Assembly: GCA_043826565.1 (NCBI GenBank)
Contig: JBDRPX010000025.1
Span: 36,966-100,965, forward strand
DNA: 64,000 bases
Reading direction: 5' to 3'
Origin: Candidatus Omnitrophota bacterium
GTDB lineage: Bacteria; Omnitrophota; Gorgyraeia; B26-G9
Part shown: positions 19,237 through 27,633 of the stretch, piece by piece
Numbering within the stretch: the stretch's first letter is position 1
Layout of the letters: each line of letters begins with the position of its first letter
The notes under the pieces: generated by a model
Told to the model about the DNA's origin: nothing
Databases searched by the model: none
Seen by the model: only the letters and a program-made list of their open reading frames with translations
Translations under genes and position numbers: made by a program

Positions 19237-20454
19237 GTGGTTTTAGAATGGTTGATCATGAAGGAAAAAATAATAAATTTATTTAAAAATTTGCTCTTGA
19301 CCAACATAGTGTTTTTTATAATCCTTGCCCCTTTTTCCAAAAAAGCTGTTAAAATTAGTATACTTATTTCTCTTGTCTTATGTATAGTTATAACCATAGT
19401 GGAGTTTGGAAGTAATTTTCACAAGCATCTTATCAAAGAAATATCAATTGCTAAGCCTCTGGTGTTTTTTTGCGTCGCACTTGTACTTTCGACTATTTTT
19501 AGCTTAGACCCGTATTATAGCCATGCTGTTTTGTTTGAACGGTACTTAGTGTATATTCTATTTTTCTTGGTTGGCAATTATTTCATAAGATCTAAGAAAA
19601 ATTTAAGTGTTTTGATTGGGGCAATTATACTAGCAGGTATTCTTATGGGAGTTGGCGGTATCTGGGACTATTTTTGTTTAAATCTTGTCAGATTGCATAC
19701 GTCTTTTGGGCGAATGATTAGCTACGCAAGTTTTCTAATACTGCAGATTCCTTTGTGTTTTATTGTTTTATTTTATTCTAAAAATAAACTTTTAAAATCA
19801 GGTGCTTTTATTGGTATTATATTGCTTTTTTTCTGTCTTATACTCAATGCCACACGCGCGGCTTGGGTTGCGATAGTAGTTTCGTTAATAATTATTTCTT
19901 TCTTTAAAAATAGAAAATTTGCTTGTGGCTTGTTAATTTGTATTATTATAGGAGGTCTATTTTTACCTGCGCAGTTAAAATATCGGGCAATTACGACGGC
20001 TGATCCTCTGACGTGGGGAGAAAGAGTTCCTTTATGGAATATAGCGATAAGAATGTTTAATGATTACCCGATTTTTGGAGTGGGATTAGGAATGCAAGAA
20101 AAGCTTTTTAGCACATATTGGAAGCAGTCAATTTATTTTCCCACATTTAAATATTGGCATTCGCACAATAATTATCTAGAAATTGCCGCGGAAACCGGAA
20201 TAGTCGGGATTTTGTCTTTTTTATATATTTTTGTTACTTTTTTAAAAAATGCTTATTCCCGGGGAAAATTACTTAAAGATAACGAAAGCATTGTATTTTT
20301 AGGGTTAACCGGCTGTATCATTGCTACTTTAATTTTGGCTATGTCTGATTCTAATGTAACTGTGGGAGTGCAGGATGCGGCGGTATTTTGGTTTATTTTT
20401 GGGATAGTTTCCGGGTTGATTTTTTTTAGAAAAACTCCGGAAAATATAGCGTGA
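19237..20454 (+). CDS. O-antigen ligase family (Wzy_C) membrane protein (WaaL/PglL/PilO-like ligase or O-oligosaccharyltransferase)
   Basis: Polytopic protein. NATRAAWVAIVVSLIII and the following large loop resemble the Wzy_C signature region. An alternative ATG lies at 19258. Confidence 0.55.
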   Translation: MVLEWLIMKEKIINLFKNLLLTNIVFFIILAPFSKKAVKISILISLVLCIVITIVEFGSNFHKHLIKEISIAKPLVFFCVALVLSTIFSLDPYYSHAVLFERYLVYILFFLVGNYFIRSKKNLSVLIGAIILAGILMGVGGIWDYFCLNLVRLHTSFGRMISYASFLILQIPLCFIVLFYSKNKLLKSGAFIGIILLFFCLILNATRAAWVAIVVSLIIISFFKNRKFACGLLICIIIGGLFLPAQLKYRAITTADPLTWGERVPLWNIAIRMFNDYPIFGVGLGMQEKLFSTYWKQSIYFPTFKYWHSHNNYLEIAAETGIVGILSFLYIFVTFLKNAYSRGKLLKDNESIVFLGLTGCIIATLILAMSDSNVTVGVQDAAVFWFIFGIVSGLIFFRKTPENIA

Positions 20455-20473
20455 TTTTTATTTTAATAAGAGA

Positions 20474-21727
20474 GTGTTTATGAGAATAAATAGTTTACTT
20501 AAAAATGCTGGGATAATGTTTTTTGCTACGGCAATAGCAAATGTTTTTACTTTGCTGTATCAGTTGTTTATGATTAGAGCCTTAGTTCCTTCTGATTTTG
20601 GACTTTTAGATAAATTATTAGGGCTGACTCTTCTTACATCCATGCCGATGGGGTCATTTCAGGCCGTTGTGACTAAATTCATATCCAGTTTTAAGGCTGA
20701 AAACAACTTTGGGAAAATATATGCTTTTCTTTGGTTGTTTTTAAAAAAATTAGGGATTTTAGGGATAATAACTCTCATTACTTTTGTTGTTTTTCGTAAC
20801 AATATAGCTGCTTATTATAAAACAGAAAATACCTTTTTGATAGTAATGGTCGGGCTGTTATTGATAATTTCTACAGTTCTGCCCTTGAATCTGGGAGCAT
20901 TGCAGGGACTGCAGAAATTCAAGAGTTTAGGGACTGCATCAATATTAAGTAGTTTTCTGCGATTGATACTGGGAGTGGTTTTTGTGAAAATAGGGTTCAA
21001 AGTGGCCGGAGCTCTTATGGCGCTTATTATTGCATCAATTACTGCTTTTCTGGTGGCTTTTATCCCTTTGAGAAAGTATTTCTTGTTTAAAGAAGGCCGT
21101 GATTCAAAAAGTAATGATTATAATCTGGATCTTAAAGAAATCTATAAATACTGTTTGCCGGCTTTTATCGCGATGTTTAGCTTTGCGCTTCTTACTAATA
21201 TGGATTTGCAGTTGATCAGTCCTTTTTTTTCCAAAGAGGATGCAGGGTATTTTGCCTTAGCCAGAATGCTGGGTAAAATCATCTTATATTTACCTGGAGC
21301 TGTAACAATAGTAATGTTTCCCAAAGTTTCAGAGTATTATACTTTGGGGAGAGATACGAGTTCTATCTTAAAAAAGTGTCTATTAATTGTTGGGGCAATT
21401 TGCTTTTTTTCAGGACTTGTTTGTGCTATTTTCCCGGAATTGATACTTAACCTGCTTGTCGGCAAAGTATATCCGCAATGCATACCGTTGGTTCTGCCTT
21501 TTGTCACAAGTATGGGGTTTTATGCATTATCAAGTGTGTTCTTGTATTATTATCTTTCAATACTTAATATGAAGTTCATTTATATTTGTATGGGGTTTGC
21601 CTGTTTGCAGGCAGCTCTGATCTTGTTTTTTCATAGTAGTCTATTGCAGGTACTTTATATTTTGGTCGTATGTTCAATAGCTTTATTTTTAATTAATATT
21701 TTGGGAGTGAAAAAGTTAGTAATATGA
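20474..21727 (+). CDS. Wzx-like oligosaccharide flippase (MOP/polysaccharide biosynthesis family)
   Basis: About 12-14 TM helices at 417 aa, an architecture typical of Wzx, placed between ligase-like and GT genes. Confidence 0.55.
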   Translation: MFMRINSLLKNAGIMFFATAIANVFTLLYQLFMIRALVPSDFGLLDKLLGLTLLTSMPMGSFQAVVTKFISSFKAENNFGKIYAFLWLFLKKLGILGIITLITFVVFRNNIAAYYKTENTFLIVMVGLLLIISTVLPLNLGALQGLQKFKSLGTASILSSFLRLILGVVFVKIGFKVAGALMALIIASITAFLVAFIPLRKYFLFKEGRDSKSNDYNLDLKEIYKYCLPAFIAMFSFALLTNMDLQLISPFFSKEDAGYFALARMLGKIILYLPGAVTIVMFPKVSEYYTLGRDTSSILKKCLLIVGAICFFSGLVCAIFPELILNLLVGKVYPQCIPLVLPFVTSMGFYALSSVFLYYYLSILNMKFIYICMGFACLQAALILFFHSSLLQVLYILVVCSIALFLINILGVKKLVI

Positions 21728-22527
21728 AAAATATAGAGGGAAAGAAAATATCAATAATAATGCCTGCCTATAATGAAGAAGCTAGAATAGTGGATAGTCT
21801 TAAAGAAACCATTAAGACTTTTGATGATTTTAAATCTAATTATGAAATTATAGTTGTTGATGACGGCTCAAACGATCAAACGTATGAACAAACCAAGAAA
21901 TTTTCACAGGATATTGGTAATGGAAAAATAGTTGTTCGGCGTAATCGGGCTAATTACGGTAAGGGAAGAACATTATATAAAGGATTTCGCTATGCAACAG
22001 GAGATTATATTATATTTCTTGATGCTGACATGGACTTGCATCCTGGACAGATAGATACTTTTTTTGACATCATGGAGCTGACCGACAGTGATATTGTGAT
22101 CGGGTCTAAACGGCATCCTAATTCTAAACTGTTCTATCCATGGGAACGCAGGATTATGAGTGCGGTATATTTTTTCATTATTAAACTATTGTTTGGTCTG
22201 CCTCTAAATGATACACAGACAGGTTTGAAATTATTTAAAAAGCAGGTACTTAAGGAAGTTTTTCGTGAGTTTATGAGCAGGGAATTCGCTTTTGATCTTG
22301 AGCTTTTAGTTACCGCACATAGTTTGGGGTATAAAATTGCCGAGGCCCCTGTATTTATTAATTCGCAAAGAGGGTATAGCCGTATTGGGGTGGTGGCAGT
22401 ATATAAAATGTGTGTTGATACTGTGGCAATTTATCTGCGTTATCTTAGGAATAGATCAAGGCGGTTTGCTTATAAGTTAAATAAAAAGGGGTTTTTAAAC
22501 TTTACAATGATTTTTCAGAGGGATTAA
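21724..22527 (+). CDS. Family 2 glycosyltransferase (dolichyl-phosphate-sugar / polyprenol-phosphate glycosyltransferase-like)
   Basis: ISIIMPAYNEEARI...VVDDGSNDQT...FLDADMD (DxD), a GT2 DPM1-like layout. Confidence 0.75.
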   Translation: MKNIEGKKISIIMPAYNEEARIVDSLKETIKTFDDFKSNYEIIVVDDGSNDQTYEQTKKFSQDIGNGKIVVRRNRANYGKGRTLYKGFRYATGDYIIFLDADMDLHPGQIDTFFDIMELTDSDIVIGSKRHPNSKLFYPWERRIMSAVYFFIIKLLFGLPLNDTQTGLKLFKKQVLKEVFREFMSREFAFDLELLVTAHSLGYKIAEAPVFINSQRGYSRIGVVAVYKMCVDTVAIYLRYLRNRSRRFAYKLNKKGFLNFTMIFQRD

Positions 22528-22529
22528 AT

Positions 22530-23468
22530 ATGAATATTTTAGTGACTGGCGGGGCAGGTTTTTTAGGATCGCATTTATGTAAGAGGTTTATTGAAGAAGG
22601 CCATTCAGTGATATGTGTGGACAATTTTATTACTGGTAAAAAAGAGAATATTGAGGAACTTTTAGCAAATCCTAAATTTAGTCTTGTTGAGCATGATATA
22701 TCAAACTCAATTTGTTTTGGTGAAAAATTAGATTGGGTGTTTCATTTTGCTTCTATAGCTTCACCAGTTTTTTACTTAAAATACCCGATTAAGACATTAA
22801 AGTCTGGCCTTAATGGAACGCATAATTGTTTAGGCATTGCCAAAATGCATAAAGCCAAATTTTTTCTTGCTTCTACATCAGAAATATACGGAGACCCTTT
22901 GGTTCATCCCCAAAAAGAAGATTACTGGGGTAATGTTAATTCCATAGGGCCGAGAAGCTGTTATGATGAAAGTAAAAGAGGGGCAGAGGCTCTGACGTAT
23001 GCCTATATGCGCAGTCATGATTTGGATGTTAGAGTAATTAGAATTTTTAATACGTATGGGCCTAATATGCAAATAGATGATGGGCGGGTAGTATCAAATT
23101 TTATTGTTCAGGCTCTTAAAAATAGAGACCTAACTATTTATGGCGATGGAAATCAAACTCGTTCGTTTTGTTATGTTGATGATCTGGTTGAAGGAATTCT
23201 TAGATTAATGAATGTTGATTATAATCAACCAGTGAATTTAGGTAATCCTGGTGAATATAAAATGATTGATTTGGCGGAAATGGTCATTAAAGCTCTAGGG
23301 TCTAAGTCTAAAATTAAGTTTGAACCATTGCCGCAAGATGATCCTAAACGGAGAAAGCCGGATATTTCTTTAGCAAAAAAGCAATTGAATTGGCAACCTT
23401 TAATACCAGTTGAACAAGGAATTAAGAAAACTGCTGAGTATTTTGCGAAACAATTAAAAGTCAAATGA
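22530..23468 (+). CDS. uxs: UDP-glucuronate decarboxylase (UDP-xylose synthase)
   Basis: MNILVTGGAGFLGSHLCKRFIEEGHSVICVDNFITGKKENI matches the UXS/ArnA-decarboxylase N-terminal signature. It lies immediately upstream of ugd. Confidence 0.8.
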   Translation: MNILVTGGAGFLGSHLCKRFIEEGHSVICVDNFITGKKENIEELLANPKFSLVEHDISNSICFGEKLDWVFHFASIASPVFYLKYPIKTLKSGLNGTHNCLGIAKMHKAKFFLASTSEIYGDPLVHPQKEDYWGNVNSIGPRSCYDESKRGAEALTYAYMRSHDLDVRVIRIFNTYGPNMQIDDGRVVSNFIVQALKNRDLTIYGDGNQTRSFCYVDDLVEGILRLMNVDYNQPVNLGNPGEYKMIDLAEMVIKALGSKSKIKFEPLPQDDPKRRKPDISLAKKQLNWQPLIPVEQGIKKTAEYFAKQLKVK

Positions 23469-23500
23469 TTTGATAATTTCAATCAAAAAAAGGATGGAAA

Positions 23501-24796
23501 ATGAATATTGCTATTGTCGGGACAGGATATGTTGGACTGGTTTCAGGTACGTGTTTTGCAGAACTTGGGAATACTGTTATTTGCGTTGATAACAATGAGA
23601 AAAAAATAGAAGACTTAAATAAGGGCGTTATTCCGATATACGAACCTGGTTTAGAAGAATTAGTAGCGAAAAACCGCAAAAAAAAGCGGCTTATGTTTAC
23701 TACTGATATGAAACAAGCTGTGCAAAAATCAAAAGTGATTTTTATTGCTGTGGGCACTCCTCCTAAACTTGATGGTGATGCTGATTTAAAATATATCGAA
23801 CAAGTTTCACGTGATGTTGCTCGTTATATGAACAATTATAAGGTTGTTGTGGAAAAAAGTACGGTTCCGGTTGAAACAAATAAATGGGTTAAGTATATAA
23901 TGCGACTTAACAACAATAAGATAGATTTTGATGTAGCTTCTAATCCTGAGTTTTTAAAAGAAGGCTCAGCTATAGAAGATTTTATGCATCCAGATAGGAT
24001 TGTATTAGGAGTGGAAAGTGAAAGAGCGAGAAAACTTCTGGTTAAACTGTATGAGCCGCTAAAAGCTCCAATCGTAGTTACCAATATCCAGAGTGCAGAA
24101 ATCATTAAACATGCTTCAAACTCGTTTCTAGCTACAAAAATATCATTTATTAATGCCGTAGCTAATATTTGCGAACAGGTTGGGGCGGATATTGAAAAAG
24201 TTGCTGAAGGTATGGGCTTAGATAAAAGGATCGGAAGAAGCTTTCTGAAAGCTGGAATCGGATACGGCGGTAGCTGTTTTCCTAAAGATGTTCAGGCCTT
24301 TATCCGGATTGCTCAAAATTTAGGATGTAAATTTGATATTTTAAAGGCGGTTGAAACTGTTAATAAAAATCAAAGAAAATTAGTTTTTAAGAAAATAGAA
24401 CAAGCTCTCTGGATCTTAAATGAAAAAAAGATTGGGATTCTTGGTATAGCTTTTAAGCCAAATACCGATGATATTCGAAGTGCTCCGGCAATTGATATAA
24501 TAAAAATGTTGCAAGGTGAAGGTGCGAAGGTTAAAGCTTATGATCCAAAAGCAATGGAGCATGCAAAAGAATTATTGCCCAATGTTGATTTTTGTAAAAA
24601 CGCATACGATGCCGTAAGAGATTGTGATGCTTTGGTTATTATTACGGAATGGCCTGAGTTTAATAAACTAAGTCTTATGAGAATTAAAAAGATGCTAAAA
24701 CATCCGATTGTGATTGATGCGAGAAATATCTTTGATCCCAAGAAAATGAAAAAATTAGGGTTTAAATATTTTGATATTGGCCGTTCTAAAGCATAA
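23501..24796 (+). CDS. ugd: UDP-glucose 6-dehydrogenase
   Basis: MNIAIVGTGYVGLVSGTCFAELGNTVICVDNNEKKIEDLNKGVIPIYEPGLEELV and the catalytic GGSCFPKD are canonical Ugd motifs. Confidence 0.85.
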   Translation: MNIAIVGTGYVGLVSGTCFAELGNTVICVDNNEKKIEDLNKGVIPIYEPGLEELVAKNRKKKRLMFTTDMKQAVQKSKVIFIAVGTPPKLDGDADLKYIEQVSRDVARYMNNYKVVVEKSTVPVETNKWVKYIMRLNNNKIDFDVASNPEFLKEGSAIEDFMHPDRIVLGVESERARKLLVKLYEPLKAPIVVTNIQSAEIIKHASNSFLATKISFINAVANICEQVGADIEKVAEGMGLDKRIGRSFLKAGIGYGGSCFPKDVQAFIRIAQNLGCKFDILKAVETVNKNQRKLVFKKIEQALWILNEKKIGILGIAFKPNTDDIRSAPAIDIIKMLQGEGAKVKAYDPKAMEHAKELLPNVDFCKNAYDAVRDCDALVIITEWPEFNKLSLMRIKKMLKHPIVIDARNIFDPKKMKKLGFKYFDIGRSKA

Positions 24797-24828
24797 GCAT
24801 TAAAGTTGTAATCCTAAGGAAATTTAAA

Positions 24829-25854
24829 ATGAACGATTTTTCGGTTGCGATAATTATACCGGTCAAATATTTTAATCCTAAGCTTAAAAAAGCAATTCAA
24901 GAGTGTCTTAACCTTGATTATCCATCCTTTGAAGTGCTTGTGTTTCCTGATGAGACAAGCGATGGCTTTATTCCTTTTGAAGGAAAAATTAAAATCATTC
25001 CCAGTGGAAATATGGGGCCGGCTTTAAAAAGGGATATGGCCTTGGCGCATTCCAAAGCAGATATTTTTGCTTTTTTAGATGATGATGCTTATCCGGAACC
25101 GGATTGGCTGAAGAATGCGGTAAAACATTTTAAAAAATCTGAAGTAGCTGCTGTGGGTGGGCCGTCAGTAACCCCGCCAGAAAGTTCTTTTGCCGGTGCG
25201 GCAAGTGGTACTGCTTTTGCTTCGATTACAGTTTCCGGACCATATACGTATCGATATGTTCCCGGCAATAAAATTATGGAAGTAGATGATTATCCTTCTT
25301 GTAATTTTCTTGTGCGCAGGGAAATCTTTGAAAGCCTGGGAGGCTTTGACAGCAGTTTTTATCCTGGAGAAGATACAAAGCTTTGCCTGGAAATAACGAA
25401 AAAATTAAATAAAAAAATCATTTATGATCCGGAAGTTCTTGTTTATCATCATCGCCGCGATTTGTTGATCGGCCATATTCAGCAGGTAGCAAATTATGCA
25501 ATTCATCGCGGTAATTTTTCCAAAAGGTTTCCGGAGACATCACGGAAAATTGTTTATTTTATGCCCAGCTTATTTGTCGGATTGCTGCTTAGCGGAGCAG
25601 GGGTAGTTTGCATTTTTCCTGTGCTAAAATCATTCTATTTAGGATGTATATCCCTTTATTTAGCGATAATCACAGCTAATGCTGTTTGGGTACTGCTTAT
25701 AGATAAAAAGGTTTCTTTTTTTAAGAAAGGTTTACTTATAGCTCCGGCAATTGTATTTATCGGGATAACGCATATTGTTTATGGGATATTTTTTATTAAA
25801 GGTATTTTTTTAAAACAACTTAAAGAAGAAAAGAAAGATGGAATAAATTTCTAA
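24829..25854 (+). CDS. Family 2 glycosyltransferase with C-terminal transmembrane segments
   Basis: VAIIIPVKYFN...FLDDDAYPE (DxD) is GT-A. The C-terminal ~100 aa are hydrophobic. Confidence 0.7.
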   Translation: MNDFSVAIIIPVKYFNPKLKKAIQECLNLDYPSFEVLVFPDETSDGFIPFEGKIKIIPSGNMGPALKRDMALAHSKADIFAFLDDDAYPEPDWLKNAVKHFKKSEVAAVGGPSVTPPESSFAGAASGTAFASITVSGPYTYRYVPGNKIMEVDDYPSCNFLVRREIFESLGGFDSSFYPGEDTKLCLEITKKLNKKIIYDPEVLVYHHRRDLLIGHIQQVANYAIHRGNFSKRFPETSRKIVYFMPSLFVGLLLSGAGVVCIFPVLKSFYLGCISLYLAIITANAVWVLLIDKKVSFFKKGLLIAPAIVFIGITHIVYGIFFIKGIFLKQLKEEKKDGINF

Positions 25855-25924
25855 TTACTAATTTCTAATTGACCTAAAAAAAGAGAAAGATGGAATAAAT
25901 TTCTAATTTCTAATTAACCTAAAA
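25833..25924. repeat. Imperfect tandem duplication (~45 bp x2) of the 3' end of the GT2 gene (AGAAAGATGGAATAAATTTCTAATT...CCTAAAA)
   Basis: Copy 1 overlaps the last 7 codons and stop of the GT2 CDS (…KDGINF*). Copy 2 begins 50 bp later with the same 25-mer and an internal TCTAATT repeat. Confidence 0.6.
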
Positions 25925-26025
25925 TGAGTGAAAATAAAGATAAAAAGTATGATTTAGAAGAGCGGACTGCCAAATTCGCAGAGGAAATTGTTCGTTTTGC
26001 AAAGCGAATAAAGAAGGATGTCTAG
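25924..26025 (+). pseudogene. 33-codon remnant of a 'four-helix-bundle' (23S rRNA intervening-sequence type) protein gene
   Basis: MSENKDKKYDLEERTAKFAEEIVRFAKRIKKDV* matches the N-terminal helix of the ~120-aa four-helix-bundle family (xDLEERxxxFAxxIIxxxxxL) and stops prematurely. This match is recalled from memory, not searched. Confidence 0.4.
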
Positions 26026-26127
26026 GCATTAGAGCAATTAAATGACTTTACAAACGGGTATGGCTCATAGTTTTTACTATTGACTATCGACTATTGACCG
26101 TTTAACATTAAGGACTTTCAACTAATT

Positions 26128-27618
26128 ATGAAAATTATTATTTCTTATCCGCCTTTAAATAAAGAAAAGGGTATTCCTTTACTGTCGCAAAACAGACAGT
26201 TTCAATATTTTAAGGACCCTACTTATATCTATCCGGTAGTTCCGGCGCAGGCAGCTTCACTTTTAAAAAGAGAAGGCTTTGATGTTATCTGGAACGATTG
26301 TATTGCCCAGGAATGGACTTATCCGCGGTTTATCCAATTTATTAAAGACGAAAAGCCGGATATTATTGCATTGGAGACAAAAACTCCTGTTATCCAGGAG
26401 CACTGGAAAATCATCAACAGCCTTAAAGAACTGGCAACTGGTAACTGGCAACTGGTAACTGTTCTATTTGGCGACCATGTAACGGCAATGCCGGAAGAAT
26501 CTATGCAGAATTCAAAAGTTGATTTTGTGCTTACCGGCGGCGATTACGACTTTCTCCTGTTAAATTTGTGTAATATTTTAAAAGAATTAAAACTAAACGC
26601 TATCCGCTATCCGCTATCCGCTAACTTAGAGCCTGGCATTTGGTATCGTAACGGAGAACAGATAAAAAACACCGGAACTTTTAAACTGAATCATGATTTA
26701 AATTCACTTCCTTTTATTGATCGAGATCTGACCAATTGGAAACTATACGCCTATAAAAACGGCAATTACCGCCGTACTCCGGGAACCTATATTATGAGCG
26801 GCCGGGATTGCTGGTGGGGGAAATGTACCTTTTGCAGTTGGCCGACACTTTATCCTGAGTTCCGGCAGAGAAAGGTATCCAATGTATTGGATGAAATTGA
26901 AATACTGGTAAAGCATTATGGAGTTAAGGAGATTATGGATGATTCCGGATCATTTCCGATTGGAGACTGGCTTAATGAGTTTTGCCGGGGAATGATCAGC
27001 CGGGGATTAAATAAAAAAGTAACGCTTGATTGTAATATGCGTTTTGGCGCGCTTTCTCTTGATGAATATAAGCTGATGAGAAAAGCCGGTTTTAGATTCC
27101 TGCTTTTTGGTATTGAATCAGCTAATCAGAAGACTTTAGATAAGATAAAAAAGAATCTTAAAGTAGAGACAATTACCGAATCATGCCATAATGCGCGTAA
27201 GGCGGGATTATATCCGCATATTACAATTATGTTCGGATATCCCTGGGAGACATATGAAGAGGCCCAAAACACTCTTGAACTGGGTAAATCATTGCTTAAA
27301 AAAGACTATGCCTATACCATGCAGTCTACGGTAGTTGTGCCTTATCCGGGTACGCCTTTATATGATGAGTGTAAGGCAAAAAATTTACTCTACACTACTG
27401 ATTGGACGGATTATGATATGAAAAAACCGGTTATGAAAATCGGATTTTCCCGGGAAAAGCTAATGGAGCTCGTGCAGAGCCTGTACTCGGTGAGTTTTTC
27501 TCCGGAGTTTATTATGCGTAAGATTTTCAGTATCCGGGAATTTGATGATATTAAATATTTTTCCCGGGCGTTTAAAAAAGTATGGGGACATATTTTTGAC
27601 TTTTCAAAAAAAGAGTGA
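26128..27618 (+). CDS. Cobalamin-binding radical SAM-like enzyme with atypical Cx4Cx2C cysteine spacing
   Basis: The N-terminal B12-binding-like domain is followed by SGRDCWWGKCTFCSWP (C-x4-C-x2-C rather than CxxxCxxC). The overall length and order are like the other three B12-rSAM paralogs. The gene carries two in-frame heptamer repeat arrays. Confidence 0.65.
   Translation: MKIIISYPPLNKEKGIPLLSQNRQFQYFKDPTYIYPVVPAQAASLLKREGFDVIWNDCIAQEWTYPRFIQFIKDEKPDIIALETKTPVIQEHWKIINSLKELATGNWQLVTVLFGDHVTAMPEESMQNSKVDFVLTGGDYDFLLLNLCNILKELKLNAIRYPLSANLEPGIWYRNGEQIKNTGTFKLNHDLNSLPFIDRDLTNWKLYAYKNGNYRRTPGTYIMSGRDCWWGKCTFCSWPTLYPEFRQRKVSNVLDEIEILVKHYGVKEIMDDSGSFPIGDWLNEFCRGMISRGLNKKVTLDCNMRFGALSLDEYKLMRKAGFRFLLFGIESANQKTLDKIKKNLKVETITESCHNARKAGLYPHITIMFGYPWETYEEAQNTLELGKSLLKKDYAYTMQSTVVVPYPGTPLYDECKAKNLLYTTDWTDYDMKKPVMKIGFSREKLMELVQSLYSVSFSPEFIMRKIFSIREFDDIKYFSRAFKKVWGHIFDFSKKE
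26431..26461. repeat. Heptanucleotide tandem repeat (CTGGCAA/CTGGTAA) x4.4 inside the rSAM CDS (encodes LATGNWQLVT)
   Basis: Direct reading gives ctggcaa ctggtaa ctggcaa ctggtaa ctg. Confidence 0.8.
26598..26625. repeat. Heptanucleotide tandem repeat (CGCTATC) x4 inside the same CDS (encodes IRYPLSANL)
   Basis: Direct reading gives cgctatc cgctatc cgctatc cgctaac. Confidence 0.8.
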
Positions 27619-27633
27619 GTTAATTTTAGAATA

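Noticed and set aside
25924-26025. Calling the 33-codon ORF a functional small protein gene
   Set aside because: It matches only the first helix of a ~120-aa family and terminates early. No continuation is found in other frames, so it is treated as a remnant.
26431-26625. Heptamer arrays as a CRISPR array
   Set aside because: The units are 7 nt and directly abutting, with no spacers. The repeats are far too short, and no cas genes are present.
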